This document shows, piece by piece, positions 19,034 to 28,387 of a DNA stretch of 64,000 nt. The first letter of the stretch is position 1, and each line of letters starts with the position of its first letter. The notes beneath the pieces were generated by a model. It did not search any database, was not told where the DNA came from, and worked only from the letters and a program-made list of their open reading frames with translations. Origin of the DNA: an uncultured Pelagibacteraceae bacterium (lineage in GTDB: Bacteria; Pseudomonadota; Alphaproteobacteria; Pelagibacterales; Pelagibacteraceae); the NCBI GenBank assembly GCA_902557775.1, contig CACEBD010000002.1:10144-74143 (forward strand). The letters run 5' to 3'. The position numbers and the translations under genes are program-made.

Positions 19034-20878
19034 ATGAAAAATATTCAACTTACTTGTGCTCATGCACTTGTTAAATTCCTTACAAAACAAAAAATTCTAA
19101 TTGAAGGAAAAAAAGAACCATTATTTCCTGGTGCATTTGGAATTTTCGGACATGGTAATGTAGCTTGTTTAGGACAAGCACTTCAAGAAAACCAAAAAGA
19201 ACTTCCTACATGGAGAGGTCATCATGAACAAAATATGGCTCTTACAGGAATAGCTTACTCTAGAGCAAAAAGAAGAAAACAAATTTTTATTGCAACCAGT
19301 TCTGTAGGCCCTGGTTCTACAAATATGATTACAGCTGCGGCAGTAGCAATGAGCAATAGACTTCCAATATTATTTTTACCCGGTGATACATTTGCAAATA
19401 GAATGCCAGATCCAGTACTTCAACAGGTTGAACATTTCAACAATCCTGGAATTACGCAAAATGATGGATTCAAACCTGTTGTAAGATACTTTGATAGAAT
19501 TACACGTCCTGAACAAATTATTTCTACTTTGCCTCAAGCTATTGAAGTTATGCTTGATCCTGCTGATTGTGGTCCTGCTTGTATTTCTTTAAGCCAAGAT
19601 GTTCAAGGTGAAGTATTTGATTATCCTGAGGATTTTTTTAAGGAGAGAGTACATTCAATTAGACGACCACGACCAGATGATTATCAAATAAAAAAAGCAG
19701 TAGAAGTTATTAAGTCTTCTAAAAATCCAATAATAATTTCTGGAGGTGGAGTTTTTTATTCTGATGCAATGGAAGAATTATCTGACTTTGCAAAAAAACA
19801 TAATATACCAGTAACACAAACTGTTATGGGTTACTCTACTATGAAAAGAGATCATTCTCATTTTTTAGGCCCAATAGGAGGTCTTGGGGGTAAAGCAGCA
19901 AATAATATGGCAAAAAAAACAGATTTAGCAATAGCTATCGGAACAAAACTAGCAGATTTTACAACAGGATCCTGGGCAAATTTTGAAAACCCAAATTTTA
20001 AACTTGTATCCATCAACGCAGCAAGATTTGACGCAAACAAACATATGGCACAGGCAGTAGTTGGTGACGCAAAAGTTTCATTATCAGAACTATCTCTAGC
20101 TCTTGGAAGTTGGAAAGCGGAAGATAGTTGGAATAAAAAAGCACAAATGGAATTGAAAAGTTGGAATGAATATGTTGATAAAGAAAGTGGTCCAACAAAT
20201 CAGAAGTTACCTAGTTATGCTCACGCTGTTGGGGCAATTTATAGAAATTCTGATCCATCAGACATAGCAGTCACTGCTGCTGGTGGTTTAGTGGGTGAAG
20301 TTGTTCAAGTCTGGAGGCCTAGAGAACTAAATACCCATGAAACTGAATGGGGTTTTAGTTGTATGAGTTACGAAATTTCAGGTGCATTAGGAATAAAAAT
20401 GGCAAATCCAAATAAAGAAGTTATAGCTTTTGTAGGTGATGGATCTTACCTTCTATATAACTCAGATATATATAGTTCAGTAATAACTAATAATAAATTG
20501 ATTATTATAGTTTGCGATAACGGAGGTCATGCAGTTATTAATCGACTTCAATTATATAAAGGTGGTAAAGAATTTAACTGTTTATTAAAGAGCTCAAAAA
20601 CCCCAAATCTTGTCCCGGTTGATTTTGCCTCACATGCAAAAAGTATGGGAGCAGACGGCGAACAAGTTAATTCAATATCTGAACTGGAGGAAGCTTTTAA
20701 AAGAGCAAAAAAATCAAAGATAACATATGTTATAAGTATTCAAACAGACGGTTATCAATGGTTAGAAGGCTCTGCATATTGGGAAAGTCCCACTCTTTCA
20801 CTACCAACAACTGAGGAAAATAAAAGAGCCCTAAAAGAACACCTAGACGGGAAGAAAAAACAGAGAAAAGGTGTATAA
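19034..20878 (+). CDS. iolD: 3D-(3,5/4)-trihydroxycyclohexane-1,2-dione acylhydrolase
   Basis: GIFGHGNV, HEQNMA, PDPVLQQVEH, EWGFSCMSYE and GDGSY TPP-binding motif. Confidence 0.95.
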   Translation: MKNIQLTCAHALVKFLTKQKILIEGKKEPLFPGAFGIFGHGNVACLGQALQENQKELPTWRGHHEQNMALTGIAYSRAKRRKQIFIATSSVGPGSTNMITAAAVAMSNRLPILFLPGDTFANRMPDPVLQQVEHFNNPGITQNDGFKPVVRYFDRITRPEQIISTLPQAIEVMLDPADCGPACISLSQDVQGEVFDYPEDFFKERVHSIRRPRPDDYQIKKAVEVIKSSKNPIIISGGGVFYSDAMEELSDFAKKHNIPVTQTVMGYSTMKRDHSHFLGPIGGLGGKAANNMAKKTDLAIAIGTKLADFTTGSWANFENPNFKLVSINAARFDANKHMAQAVVGDAKVSLSELSLALGSWKAEDSWNKKAQMELKSWNEYVDKESGPTNQKLPSYAHAVGAIYRNSDPSDIAVTAAGGLVGEVVQVWRPRELNTHETEWGFSCMSYEISGALGIKMANPNKEVIAFVGDGSYLLYNSDIYSSVITNNKLIIIVCDNGGHAVINRLQLYKGGKEFNCLLKSSKTPNLVPVDFASHAKSMGADGEQVNSISELEEAFKRAKKSKITYVISIQTDGYQWLEGSAYWESPTLSLPTTEENKRALKEHLDGKKKQRKGV

Positions 20879-20886
20879 GCTTTTTA

Positions 20887-22044
20887 ATGGGTAGAATTTT
20901 TAAAGTCGGCTTAGTCGGCTGCGGTCATATAGCTGAGACTTATTTTAGAGCACATAAATATTTTAATAATTTTAAAATAATTAAATGTGCTGATATAAAT
21001 AAATTTGCAGCTCAAAGGTGTGCAAAAACTTATAAGATAAAGTCAGCTTCAGTTAATGAATTGCTTAAAGATAAAGAAATTCAAGTAGTTCTAAATTTAA
21101 CAATACCTAATGCACATTATTTAATAGCAAAAAAATCATTACTTAATGGTAAACATGTTTATTCTGAGAAGCCTTTGGCAGTATCATTCAAAGATGGAAA
21201 AGAACTTATAAAAATTGCAAAAAGAAAAAAACTTTATATAGGAAATGCTCCAGATACTTTTTTAGGTGGAGGGAATCAAAAAGCAAGAGAGCTTTTGGAT
21301 AAAAAAGTGATAGGTAAAGTGAAATTTGGAACAGGAATATTTGCCTATCCAGGAATACAATCCTACCATCCTAATCCAGAGCCTTGGTTTGCTAAAAAAG
21401 GAGGTGGGCCTGTTATAGATATGGGTCCATATTATTTAACTTCCTTAGTAAATTTATTAGGTCCAGCTAAAGAAGTAACAAGTATAAGCTCAAAAGGAGT
21501 AAATAAGCGCACTATTGGTATAGGTCCAAAAAAAGGTAAAAGTTTTAAAGTAGAATGTCCAACAACCTACTTTTCTACTATAAAATTTCATAATGGTACA
21601 ATAATTAGATTAACTTTATCTTTTGATGTTATTTCTCATCTAAGGAACCATATAGAACTTTATGGAGAAAGTGGTTCTATGATAGTTCCAGATCCAAACA
21701 TGTTCGGTGGATCAGTTTTAATTAGTAAAAAATTAGGCAGTTCATGGAAAGATCACCAAACAAATAAAATGACCCTTGGAAAAATAAATATTAGAACCCA
21801 AAGCTCTAGAGCAAATGAGTCTCCTACTAACGCAAATTATAGAGGTGTAGGATTATCAGAAATGATAAACTCTATTCAAAATAAGAGAAAACATAGGTGT
21901 AATGGAGATTTATCTCTTCACGTTTTAAATATAATAGAGGCAATTCATTTATCTGCCAAAAATAATAAAAAACAAATCATTTCTATTAAATGTGAGAAAC
22001 CAAAGCCGTTTTTAAACAAAGAAATTAGATCAATAGTTAAATAG
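20887..22044 (+). CDS. Gfo/Idh/MocA family oxidoreductase
   Basis: GLVGCGHIA, HVYSEKP, APDTFLG, GGPVIDMGPYY; 8 bp after iolD. Confidence 0.9.
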   Translation: MGRIFKVGLVGCGHIAETYFRAHKYFNNFKIIKCADINKFAAQRCAKTYKIKSASVNELLKDKEIQVVLNLTIPNAHYLIAKKSLLNGKHVYSEKPLAVSFKDGKELIKIAKRKKLYIGNAPDTFLGGGNQKARELLDKKVIGKVKFGTGIFAYPGIQSYHPNPEPWFAKKGGGPVIDMGPYYLTSLVNLLGPAKEVTSISSKGVNKRTIGIGPKKGKSFKVECPTTYFSTIKFHNGTIIRLTLSFDVISHLRNHIELYGESGSMIVPDPNMFGGSVLISKKLGSSWKDHQTNKMTLGKINIRTQSSRANESPTNANYRGVGLSEMINSIQNKRKHRCNGDLSLHVLNIIEAIHLSAKNNKKQIISIKCEKPKPFLNKEIRSIVK

Positions 22045-22924
22045 TATTTTGCTTGCTCAATATTGCAGCTCCCCGAACGCCACTAGCATCACCAAATTTT
22101 GGTTTTAAAAATATTGTTTTTAAATTCACATTTTCAATATTATTAAAATTTGATAAATATTTTTCAGTGATTTTTTTAATTTCATCTAAAGACTCAATTT
22201 CATTTGACACTCCACCGCCAAAAACAATTGCATCTGGATCAATTACATTAATAATTAGAGATAAACTTCTTGCTAGTTTTTTTTTAAATTCTTCTATTAT
22301 CTCTACTTCATTTTGATTATTATCTTTTGCTTTTTTAAAAATTTCGTGTGCAGAAAGTTGTTTATTAAATTTTGCTGTAAAATTTCTTTCTAGACCTTTG
22401 CCCGAAATATATTCTTCGATGTTGGTTCCACTATCAGGTTTTCCTATGGGTATATGACCCCATTCACCTGCAAATGAATTCGGTCCAATGATTATTTTTT
22501 TATTAATTACTAATCCCCCACCACATCCAGAGCCTAAAATTATCCCAAAAACTGTTTTAAAATTCTTTGCAGCTCCGTCAAAAGCCTCTGATAAAGCAAA
22601 ACAATTTGCATCGTTTTCACAATAAACATTTCTATTTAAACTTTTAGATATGTCTTTTGAAAACGTTTGATTATTCAACCATGGAGAGTTAAAAGCGTTT
22701 TGAATTAATCCTGTTTCTAAATTTGTTGATCCAGGATGACATATTCCAACATTTAAATTCTTTTTAAATTTTTTTTCAATATTGTTTACTATATTTGTGA
22801 TGTCACTAATCGTTTTCTGATAATTTTTTGGAGACTGTATTCTTTCTCTATGTAATTCAAGACCATTCTCTTTAAGAAGTACTGACTCAATTTTAGTTGC
22901 CCCTAAATCAATACCGATTTGCAT
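22037..22924 (-). CDS. ROK family sugar kinase (Mak/fructokinase-like)
   Basis: GIDLGATKIE, ENDANC, GSGCGGG, GEWGH; no HTH domain. Confidence 0.88.
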   Translation of the reverse strand: MQIGIDLGATKIESVLLKENGLELHRERIQSPKNYQKTISDITNIVNNIEKKFKKNLNVGICHPGSTNLETGLIQNAFNSPWLNNQTFSKDISKSLNRNVYCENDANCFALSEAFDGAAKNFKTVFGIILGSGCGGGLVINKKIIIGPNSFAGEWGHIPIGKPDSGTNIEEYISGKGLERNFTAKFNKQLSAHEIFKKAKDNNQNEVEIIEEFKKKLARSLSLIINVIDPDAIVFGGGVSNEIESLDEIKKITEKYLSNFNNIENVNLKTIFLKPKFGDASGVRGAAILSKQNTI

Positions 22925-22925
22925 T

Positions 22926-23714
22926 TTAATTTTTTCTGTTCATCTCTTGAAGTTCAACTTCTAATTTGTTTAATTCCTCACCACCTGCCATCATGCTTAA
23001 TAATTTTTCTCTAGATATATTCTTTTTCTCATAAGTGCCCAAACTTTTGCCTCTATTTAGCACGGTAAAACTATTACCTACTGGATATGCATGATGAACG
23101 TTATGTGTTATTAAAATTACAGCCAACCCTTGAGAAGCAGCTTTGACTATATACTTTAGAACAACTGAAGCTTGGTGAACTCCTAAAGCAGAAGTAGGCT
23201 CATCTAAAACAAGAACTTTTGCTCCAAAATATATAGCTCTGCTAATTGCTAAACATTGTCTCTCTCCACCTGACATTGTACCAACTGCTTGAGATGGATC
23301 CCTAACATCGATACCTATTTGCCCCATTCTCTCAGCAGCTATTTTATTTGCTTTTTCTATATCAAAAGTTTTGAAAAATGGTAGGCCTTTCATGGGTTCT
23401 CTGCCCATAAAAAAGTTTCTTGTTACACTCATTAAAGATACTAAGGCTAAATCCTGATATACGGTTGCTATTCCCATATCTAATGCATCTTTGGGGCTAT
23501 CAAATATAGTTTTTTTTCCCTCAACGATAATTTCTCCTTCATCAGGTCTATGGACTCCAGCTAATGTTTTAATTAAGGTTGATTTACCTGCACCATTGTC
23601 ACCAAGTAGGCACATGATTTCACCTTTTTTTAATTTCATGGTTACATCTTTCAAGGCTATAACTTTTCCAAAAAATTTACTTATATTATTAAATTGAACT
23701 AAATATTCAGACAT
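22926..23714 (-). CDS. Sugar (inositol) ABC transporter ATP-binding protein
   Basis: [20 protein letters not shown]. Confidence 0.93.
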   Translation of the reverse strand: MSEYLVQFNNISKFFGKVIALKDVTMKLKKGEIMCLLGDNGAGKSTLIKTLAGVHRPDEGEIIVEGKKTIFDSPKDALDMGIATVYQDLALVSLMSVTRNFFMGREPMKGLPFFKTFDIEKANKIAAERMGQIGIDVRDPSQAVGTMSGGERQCLAISRAIYFGAKVLVLDEPTSALGVHQASVVLKYIVKAASQGLAVILITHNVHHAYPVGNSFTVLNRGKSLGTYEKKNISREKLLSMMAGGEELNKLEVELQEMNRKN

Positions 23715-24841
23715 TATTTGCTCTCTGTTACCTTTCTTCTTATATAATTATTAAAGATCACCGCAATCAACATCATTGCGCCTAAAAAAACTTTAAACCA
23801 GTCTGTATCCACATCGGTATAAAATATCCCCATTGAAACGGTTCCAAAAATCAAAGCTCCAAATGCTGCACCAATTGCTGAACCATAACCGCCAGTTAAT
23901 AAACAGCCTCCAACAACTGCGGCTGCAATAGCTTCTAATTCCTTTAAGGTTCCACGCATTGTATCAGCTGAACCAGCGTCTAAAACCTGAATTGTAGCAA
24001 AAATAGTTGCTGCTACTGCAGTACCTATAAATAAACTTATTTTAACTCTTCCAACTGGTACTCCAACATTGTTAGCACCATTTTTATCTCCCCCTGATGC
24101 AAATATCCAATTTCCGTATCTTGTTTTCATGAGTATCCATGTTGTAATGATTGCTAAAGCTATGAACCATATTACAGATGGCGGTATTCCTGTGGCGAGT
24201 GGAGTTCCATCAGTTCTTAATGCAATTAGATTCATTGAACCTAACCAAGTAAATACCCATTTAAAAGTATCAGTTGCAAATATCCATGCTAATGGATCAT
24301 CCTCAATTAAAACCCTTAAACCAGGAACTTGAGTTCGACCAGTAATTAATCTTGTTAATGCTAAGGTTGCTCCCCTCAAAATAAAAAGCATTGCGAGAGT
24401 AACAATAAATGATGGTAAACCTGTTTTTACTACTAATATTCCATTAAAATATCCGACTAGTACTGCCATTGAGAACGCAAAAATAATACTCATCCAAAGC
24501 GGCCATCCCCAATAAATTGCTGGTATAGCTATACATATACCTGCAAAACCAATCATTGATCCAATAGATAGATCGAATTCCCCACCGATCATTAACATAG
24601 CAGCAGCGATAGCTATGATTCCAAGATTTGCAGAAACATCCAAAAAATTTAAAACACCGTAAGCACTGAACATCCCAGTGTCTCCAGCAACTATACCAAA
24701 AAATATAAATACAAGTATGGCTCCACCAAGCGCACCAAGTTCTGGTCTATTTAACAATAACCTTAATTTAGAAACCTTTTTGAGTCTTTCATCCTGATTG
24801 AAATCAGTTTTTGTTTCAATACTTTTTGACTTTGTAGACAT
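23714..24841 (-). CDS. Sugar (inositol) ABC transporter permease
   Basis: [29 protein letters not shown] (CUT2 permease motifs). Confidence 0.93.
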   Translation of the reverse strand: MSTKSKSIETKTDFNQDERLKKVSKLRLLLNRPELGALGGAILVFIFFGIVAGDTGMFSAYGVLNFLDVSANLGIIAIAAAMLMIGGEFDLSIGSMIGFAGICIAIPAIYWGWPLWMSIIFAFSMAVLVGYFNGILVVKTGLPSFIVTLAMLFILRGATLALTRLITGRTQVPGLRVLIEDDPLAWIFATDTFKWVFTWLGSMNLIALRTDGTPLATGIPPSVIWFIALAIITTWILMKTRYGNWIFASGGDKNGANNVGVPVGRVKISLFIGTAVAATIFATIQVLDAGSADTMRGTLKELEAIAAAVVGGCLLTGGYGSAIGAAFGALIFGTVSMGIFYTDVDTDWFKVFLGAMMLIAVIFNNYIRRKVTESK

Positions 24842-24853
24842 ATAAAAAAACTT

Positions 24854-24891
24854 AAAAAAAAAGGCCTAGTGAATAATCACTAGGCCTTTTT
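24854..24891 (-). terminator. Intrinsic terminator/stabilising hairpin between SBP and permease genes
   Basis: Perfect 10-bp stem GGCCTAGTGA/TCACTAGGCC with 4-nt loop, followed by U9 on the minus strand (U5 on plus). Confidence 0.88.
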
Positions 24892-24901
24892 AATATTTTT
24901 C

Positions 24902-25825
24902 TTATCTATAACCTTGAGCAGCCCATTTTATTACATCCTTTGCATTATTAGGAGTAACAAAACCAGGTCCTGTCATTACAACACCAGCTGGCATTGTTCC
25001 ATATCTCATATATTGAGAAAAGATAGCTATAGGTAAATAACCTTGTAGATACTGTTGTTGGTCGATTAAGAACTCGACTTTTCCAGCAGCAGCAGCTTTT
25101 AGCATACCTGGCGACATATCGAATGTACCAAGTTTTACGCTTCCAACTTTACCAGCAGATTCTAATGCTTTTAAAGCAGCTTCTCCTGCAAGACCAGCTC
25201 CTAAAGTAAGAATAGTGTCATATCCACCACCTAATTTAGCAGCTACAGCTTTTTGAATTTCAGTCGGGTCATTTGATGTACCTAATATGTCTACAGATCC
25301 ACCAAAGCCTTTTTTGAAACCAGCACATCTTCTATCTAAAGCAACGTTACCTACTTCGTGGTTAACACATAGTGCTTTTTTACCACCTGCAGCTTTCATT
25401 TTTTGTCCACCGCCTACACCAGCTTCAAACTCTGTTTGACCTACGTGGGCACTAATGCCTAGTTTCATGTAGTCGTCTGAACCTGAATTCATAGAGATTA
25501 CTGGGATACCAGCAGATATTGCAGCTTTAACAGATTTACCTAAAGCGGCAGCATCTGGAAGAGTTATTACAATACCTTTTGGTTTTTGAGAAACAGCATT
25601 GTCTATTAGTTTTGCCATTTCGACCATGTCGAATGTTGCTGGGGCTGTGTATTTGCAAGATACTTTCATATCTTTACAAGCTTTATCAACTCCATTTTTT
25701 GCAACAGACCAGAAAGGGTCATTTGCTTGTCCGTGAGATACAACAATAATATCAACTGCTAAAGCAGCTACTGACATCATTACCCAGCTCATCAGAGCAG
25801 CAATTGTTAAGTATACTTTTTTCAT
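24902..25825 (-). CDS. Sugar (myo-inositol) ABC transporter substrate-binding protein
   Basis: Signal peptide MKKVYLT...AALA; HGQANDPFW, DQQQYLQGY motifs; GAGGG RBS before ATG at 25825; iol context. Confidence 0.92.
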   Translation of the reverse strand: MKKVYLTIAALMSWVMMSVAALAVDIIVVSHGQANDPFWSVAKNGVDKACKDMKVSCKYTAPATFDMVEMAKLIDNAVSQKPKGIVITLPDAAALGKSVKAAISAGIPVISMNSGSDDYMKLGISAHVGQTEFEAGVGGGQKMKAAGGKKALCVNHEVGNVALDRRCAGFKKGFGGSVDILGTSNDPTEIQKAVAAKLGGGYDTILTLGAGLAGEAALKALESAGKVGSVKLGTFDMSPGMLKAAAAGKVEFLIDQQQYLQGYLPIAIFSQYMRYGTMPAGVVMTGPGFVTPNNAKDVIKWAAQGYR

Positions 25826-25860
25826 GATTATTTCCCTCATTTGTTTGTTAAAACTGCGCA

Positions 25861-25889
25861 ATTAAAACAAAAAATTTATTAAAATTCAA
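25861..25889 (-). promoter_or_regulatory. Putative sigma70 promoter for the ABC operon
   Basis: TTGAAT-N17-TTTAAT on the minus strand. Confidence 0.45.
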
Positions 25890-25928
25890 AAGGAAAAAAA
25901 AAACACATACAACTGGAGGTAGTTATAA

Positions 25929-26924
25929 TTACTTTAATTTTACTACCTTTTTTTGCTTTAGAGATTGATATGCTGCATTAGCAATTTTTAAAGCTAAATA
26001 ACCATCTTTGAAAGTTGATCTAGGTTTTATTTTATTTTTATGAAGAGAAATTAGTTCATTCAATTGCAAATTATAAGCTTCTTTGTATCGATCAATAAAA
26101 AAATTTAAAAAAGGTTTTTGTGAATGGGATTGGGTTGAATTGAATAACTCTGTGGCGGTACTCTTGGGATTTCCTGATATAAGCATTCCTTTTTTTCCAA
26201 ATAATTCAACCCTTTGATCGTATCCAAAAGAACAATGTCTAGAATTTGTGATTACACATATAACACCTTTTTTCGATTTCATAGTTACCGTAGCTAATTC
26301 ATGATCTTTGATCTTTTTATAAAAATTCTCAAATGAGCTCACAGATGAACTTATTTCTGAAATTTCATCACTATCTAGATAATACCTGCATAAATCAAAA
26401 TCATGAATCATCATGTCTCTGAAAATACCGCCAGAAGATTTAAGATAAGACTTTGAAGGTGGTGCTGGATCTCTACTTGTGATTATTATTTTTTCCAACC
26501 TTCCTATTTTACCTTTAACTAAATCTTTTTTGATTGAGTGATGGCCAGGATCAAATCTACGATTAAATCCCATCTGTATTTTTGAATTATTTTTTTTAAC
26601 TTTTTTAAAAGTTTTAACAATTTTATTTATATTCAAGTCTAAAGGTTTTTCACAAAAAATAGTTTTATCGTATTTGATACCCTCTTCGATAAATTTAATA
26701 TGAGTGTTTGTTGGGCTAGAAATAAAAATAATATCTACTCTTTTATCTGAAAAAATTTTTTTATAATTTTTTTCAATTTTACAATTATAAAGATTTTGAG
26801 CTTTTTTTCCTAATTTATTAATCTTTTCATATACATACAGCAGATTAAGCGTTTTATTGAGATATATATTTTGAGCATGCATTTGCCCAATTCTACCAAA
26901 ACCCAAAAGTGCTACATTGATCAT
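25929..26924 (-). CDS. iolG: myo-inositol 2-dehydrogenase
   Basis: GFGRIG, CEKP, GFNRRFD, SRDP, GGIFRDMMIHDFD, GYDQRVE motifs. Confidence 0.92.
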   Translation of the reverse strand: MINVALLGFGRIGQMHAQNIYLNKTLNLLYVYEKINKLGKKAQNLYNCKIEKNYKKIFSDKRVDIIFISSPTNTHIKFIEEGIKYDKTIFCEKPLDLNINKIVKTFKKVKKNNSKIQMGFNRRFDPGHHSIKKDLVKGKIGRLEKIIITSRDPAPPSKSYLKSSGGIFRDMMIHDFDLCRYYLDSDEISEISSSVSSFENFYKKIKDHELATVTMKSKKGVICVITNSRHCSFGYDQRVELFGKKGMLISGNPKSTATELFNSTQSHSQKPFLNFFIDRYKEAYNLQLNELISLHKNKIKPRSTFKDGYLALKIANAAYQSLKQKKVVKLK

Positions 26925-26981
26925 AAATTCTTTTGTAACTTAATTATTTATAATATAAAATATTATTATTTTCTTAAAACT

Positions 26982-27881
26982 ATGTCGATAAGATTAGGAA
27001 TAGCACCCATTGCATGGAGTAACGATGATATGCCCGAATTAGGTGGCAAAACTCCATTAGAACAATGTTTAAAAGAAGCAAGTATGGCAGGTTTTACAGG
27101 AATTGAGTCTGGTGGAAAATTTCCAATGGATTCGAAAGAACTTATTCCAAAACTTGAAAAAGAGAACCTTAAATTATGTTCAGGTTGGTATGGTGCTCAA
27201 TTATTAAAAAGATCACCTAAGGAAGAATTTAAACTTATGCAAAAACAACTTAAATTATTCAAAGATTGTGAGGCTCCTTGTATGGTATTTGCTGAGATAA
27301 CGGACTCTGTACAAGGAGATCCTATAACACCTTTATCAAAAAGGCCTAAATTAAATAAAGATGATTGGAATAAATTTATTAACTCAATAAATGAAATTAG
27401 TAAAATGATGATAGATGAAAATATGCCTTTAGCATATCATCATCACATGGGAACTATAATAGAAACCGAGGAAGATACTTCTAGACTTATAGAAAATACA
27501 AAAGATACAGTTAAATTATTAGTAGATACCGGTCATATGTTGTTTGCTCAAGGTGACTCTATTAAATTAGTAGAAAATTTTTATGAGCGTATAATACATG
27601 TACATTGTAAAGATATTAGAAAAGATATTTTAGAAAAATCACTAAAAAATGACGCAACATTTAGACAAGCATTTTTAGATGGAGCATTTACTGTACCAGG
27701 GGATGGATGCATTGACTATGTTCCCTTCTTAAAAGCTTTAAAGAAAAAAAATTATTCAGGATGGCTTGTAGTAGAAGCCGAACAAGATCCAGCTAAGGCG
27801 AATCCATTTGAATATGCAAAAATTGGTTTCAATTATTTAAGTAAAACTGCAAAACAATGTGGATTTGAAATAATTAACTAA
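26982..27881 (+). CDS. iolE: myo-inosose-2 dehydratase
   Basis: GIAPIAWSNDD, YHHHMGT, DTGH, HCKD, VEAEQDP; start corrected to 26982. Confidence 0.95.
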   Translation: MSIRLGIAPIAWSNDDMPELGGKTPLEQCLKEASMAGFTGIESGGKFPMDSKELIPKLEKENLKLCSGWYGAQLLKRSPKEEFKLMQKQLKLFKDCEAPCMVFAEITDSVQGDPITPLSKRPKLNKDDWNKFINSINEISKMMIDENMPLAYHHHMGTIIETEEDTSRLIENTKDTVKLLVDTGHMLFAQGDSIKLVENFYERIIHVHCKDIRKDILEKSLKNDATFRQAFLDGAFTVPGDGCIDYVPFLKALKKKNYSGWLVVEAEQDPAKANPFEYAKIGFNYLSKTAKQCGFEIIN

Positions 27882-28387
27882 CGGTAGACAGAGACTAATT
27901 CATTATTACCAGCAGCTACACAAGGTGATTTTACGCAAGTACCAACTACCCATTCAGAGCCAGCCTCTGACTCAAAGTTATTTGAAGAAACAAAAATAAT
28001 ACCTTTATCTGTGGATTGACCTGCTTTACCTTCAGCTTGAATCCTTGGATCCTGTGATGTTTGTATTAAAGGTTTGTTTATAGAATAGGGGTTTTTAAGA
28101 TCGATATTTGATAATACATAATTTACAATTTTATTTGATGTCCAATCAGAATTACATTTTTCACCCCACGAGGTTAATCCATCATTATTAGAGCTGCAAT
28201 TATTCACTTCATTATTTATAAATTCAATTACTGATTTATGGTTTGATTTAATATCATTCGCTTTTTGTAAAACTTCTGATCTAGTTGAAGCAGTCCACAA
28301 TAACATTACAACTACGTATGTAATTGAGCTAATTACTAAAGCTTCTAAAGGTCCAAAATTTTTTAATTTTCTTCTTATGTCAATCAT
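27878..28387 (-). CDS. Hypothetical membrane-anchored protein, possibly pilin-like
   Basis: Basic N-terminus, GPLEALVI hydrophobic helix, KNPY motif, two Cys pairs. Confidence 0.6.
   Translation of the reverse strand: MIDIRRKLKNFGPLEALVISSITYVVVMLLWTASTRSEVLQKANDIKSNHKSVIEFINNEVNNCSSNNDGLTSWGEKCNSDWTSNKIVNYVLSNIDLKNPYSINKPLIQTSQDPRIQAEGKAGQSTDKGIIFVSSNNFESEAGSEWVVGTCVKSPCVAAGNNELVSVYR

Noticed and set aside
26871-26981. N-terminal extensions in the ORF track (iolE; also the 28384 ORF to 29394, SBP to 25861, hppA to 42491, slt from 56570)
   Set aside because: The extensions overlap neighbouring genes, a tRNA or promoters; downstream ATGs match the family N-termini
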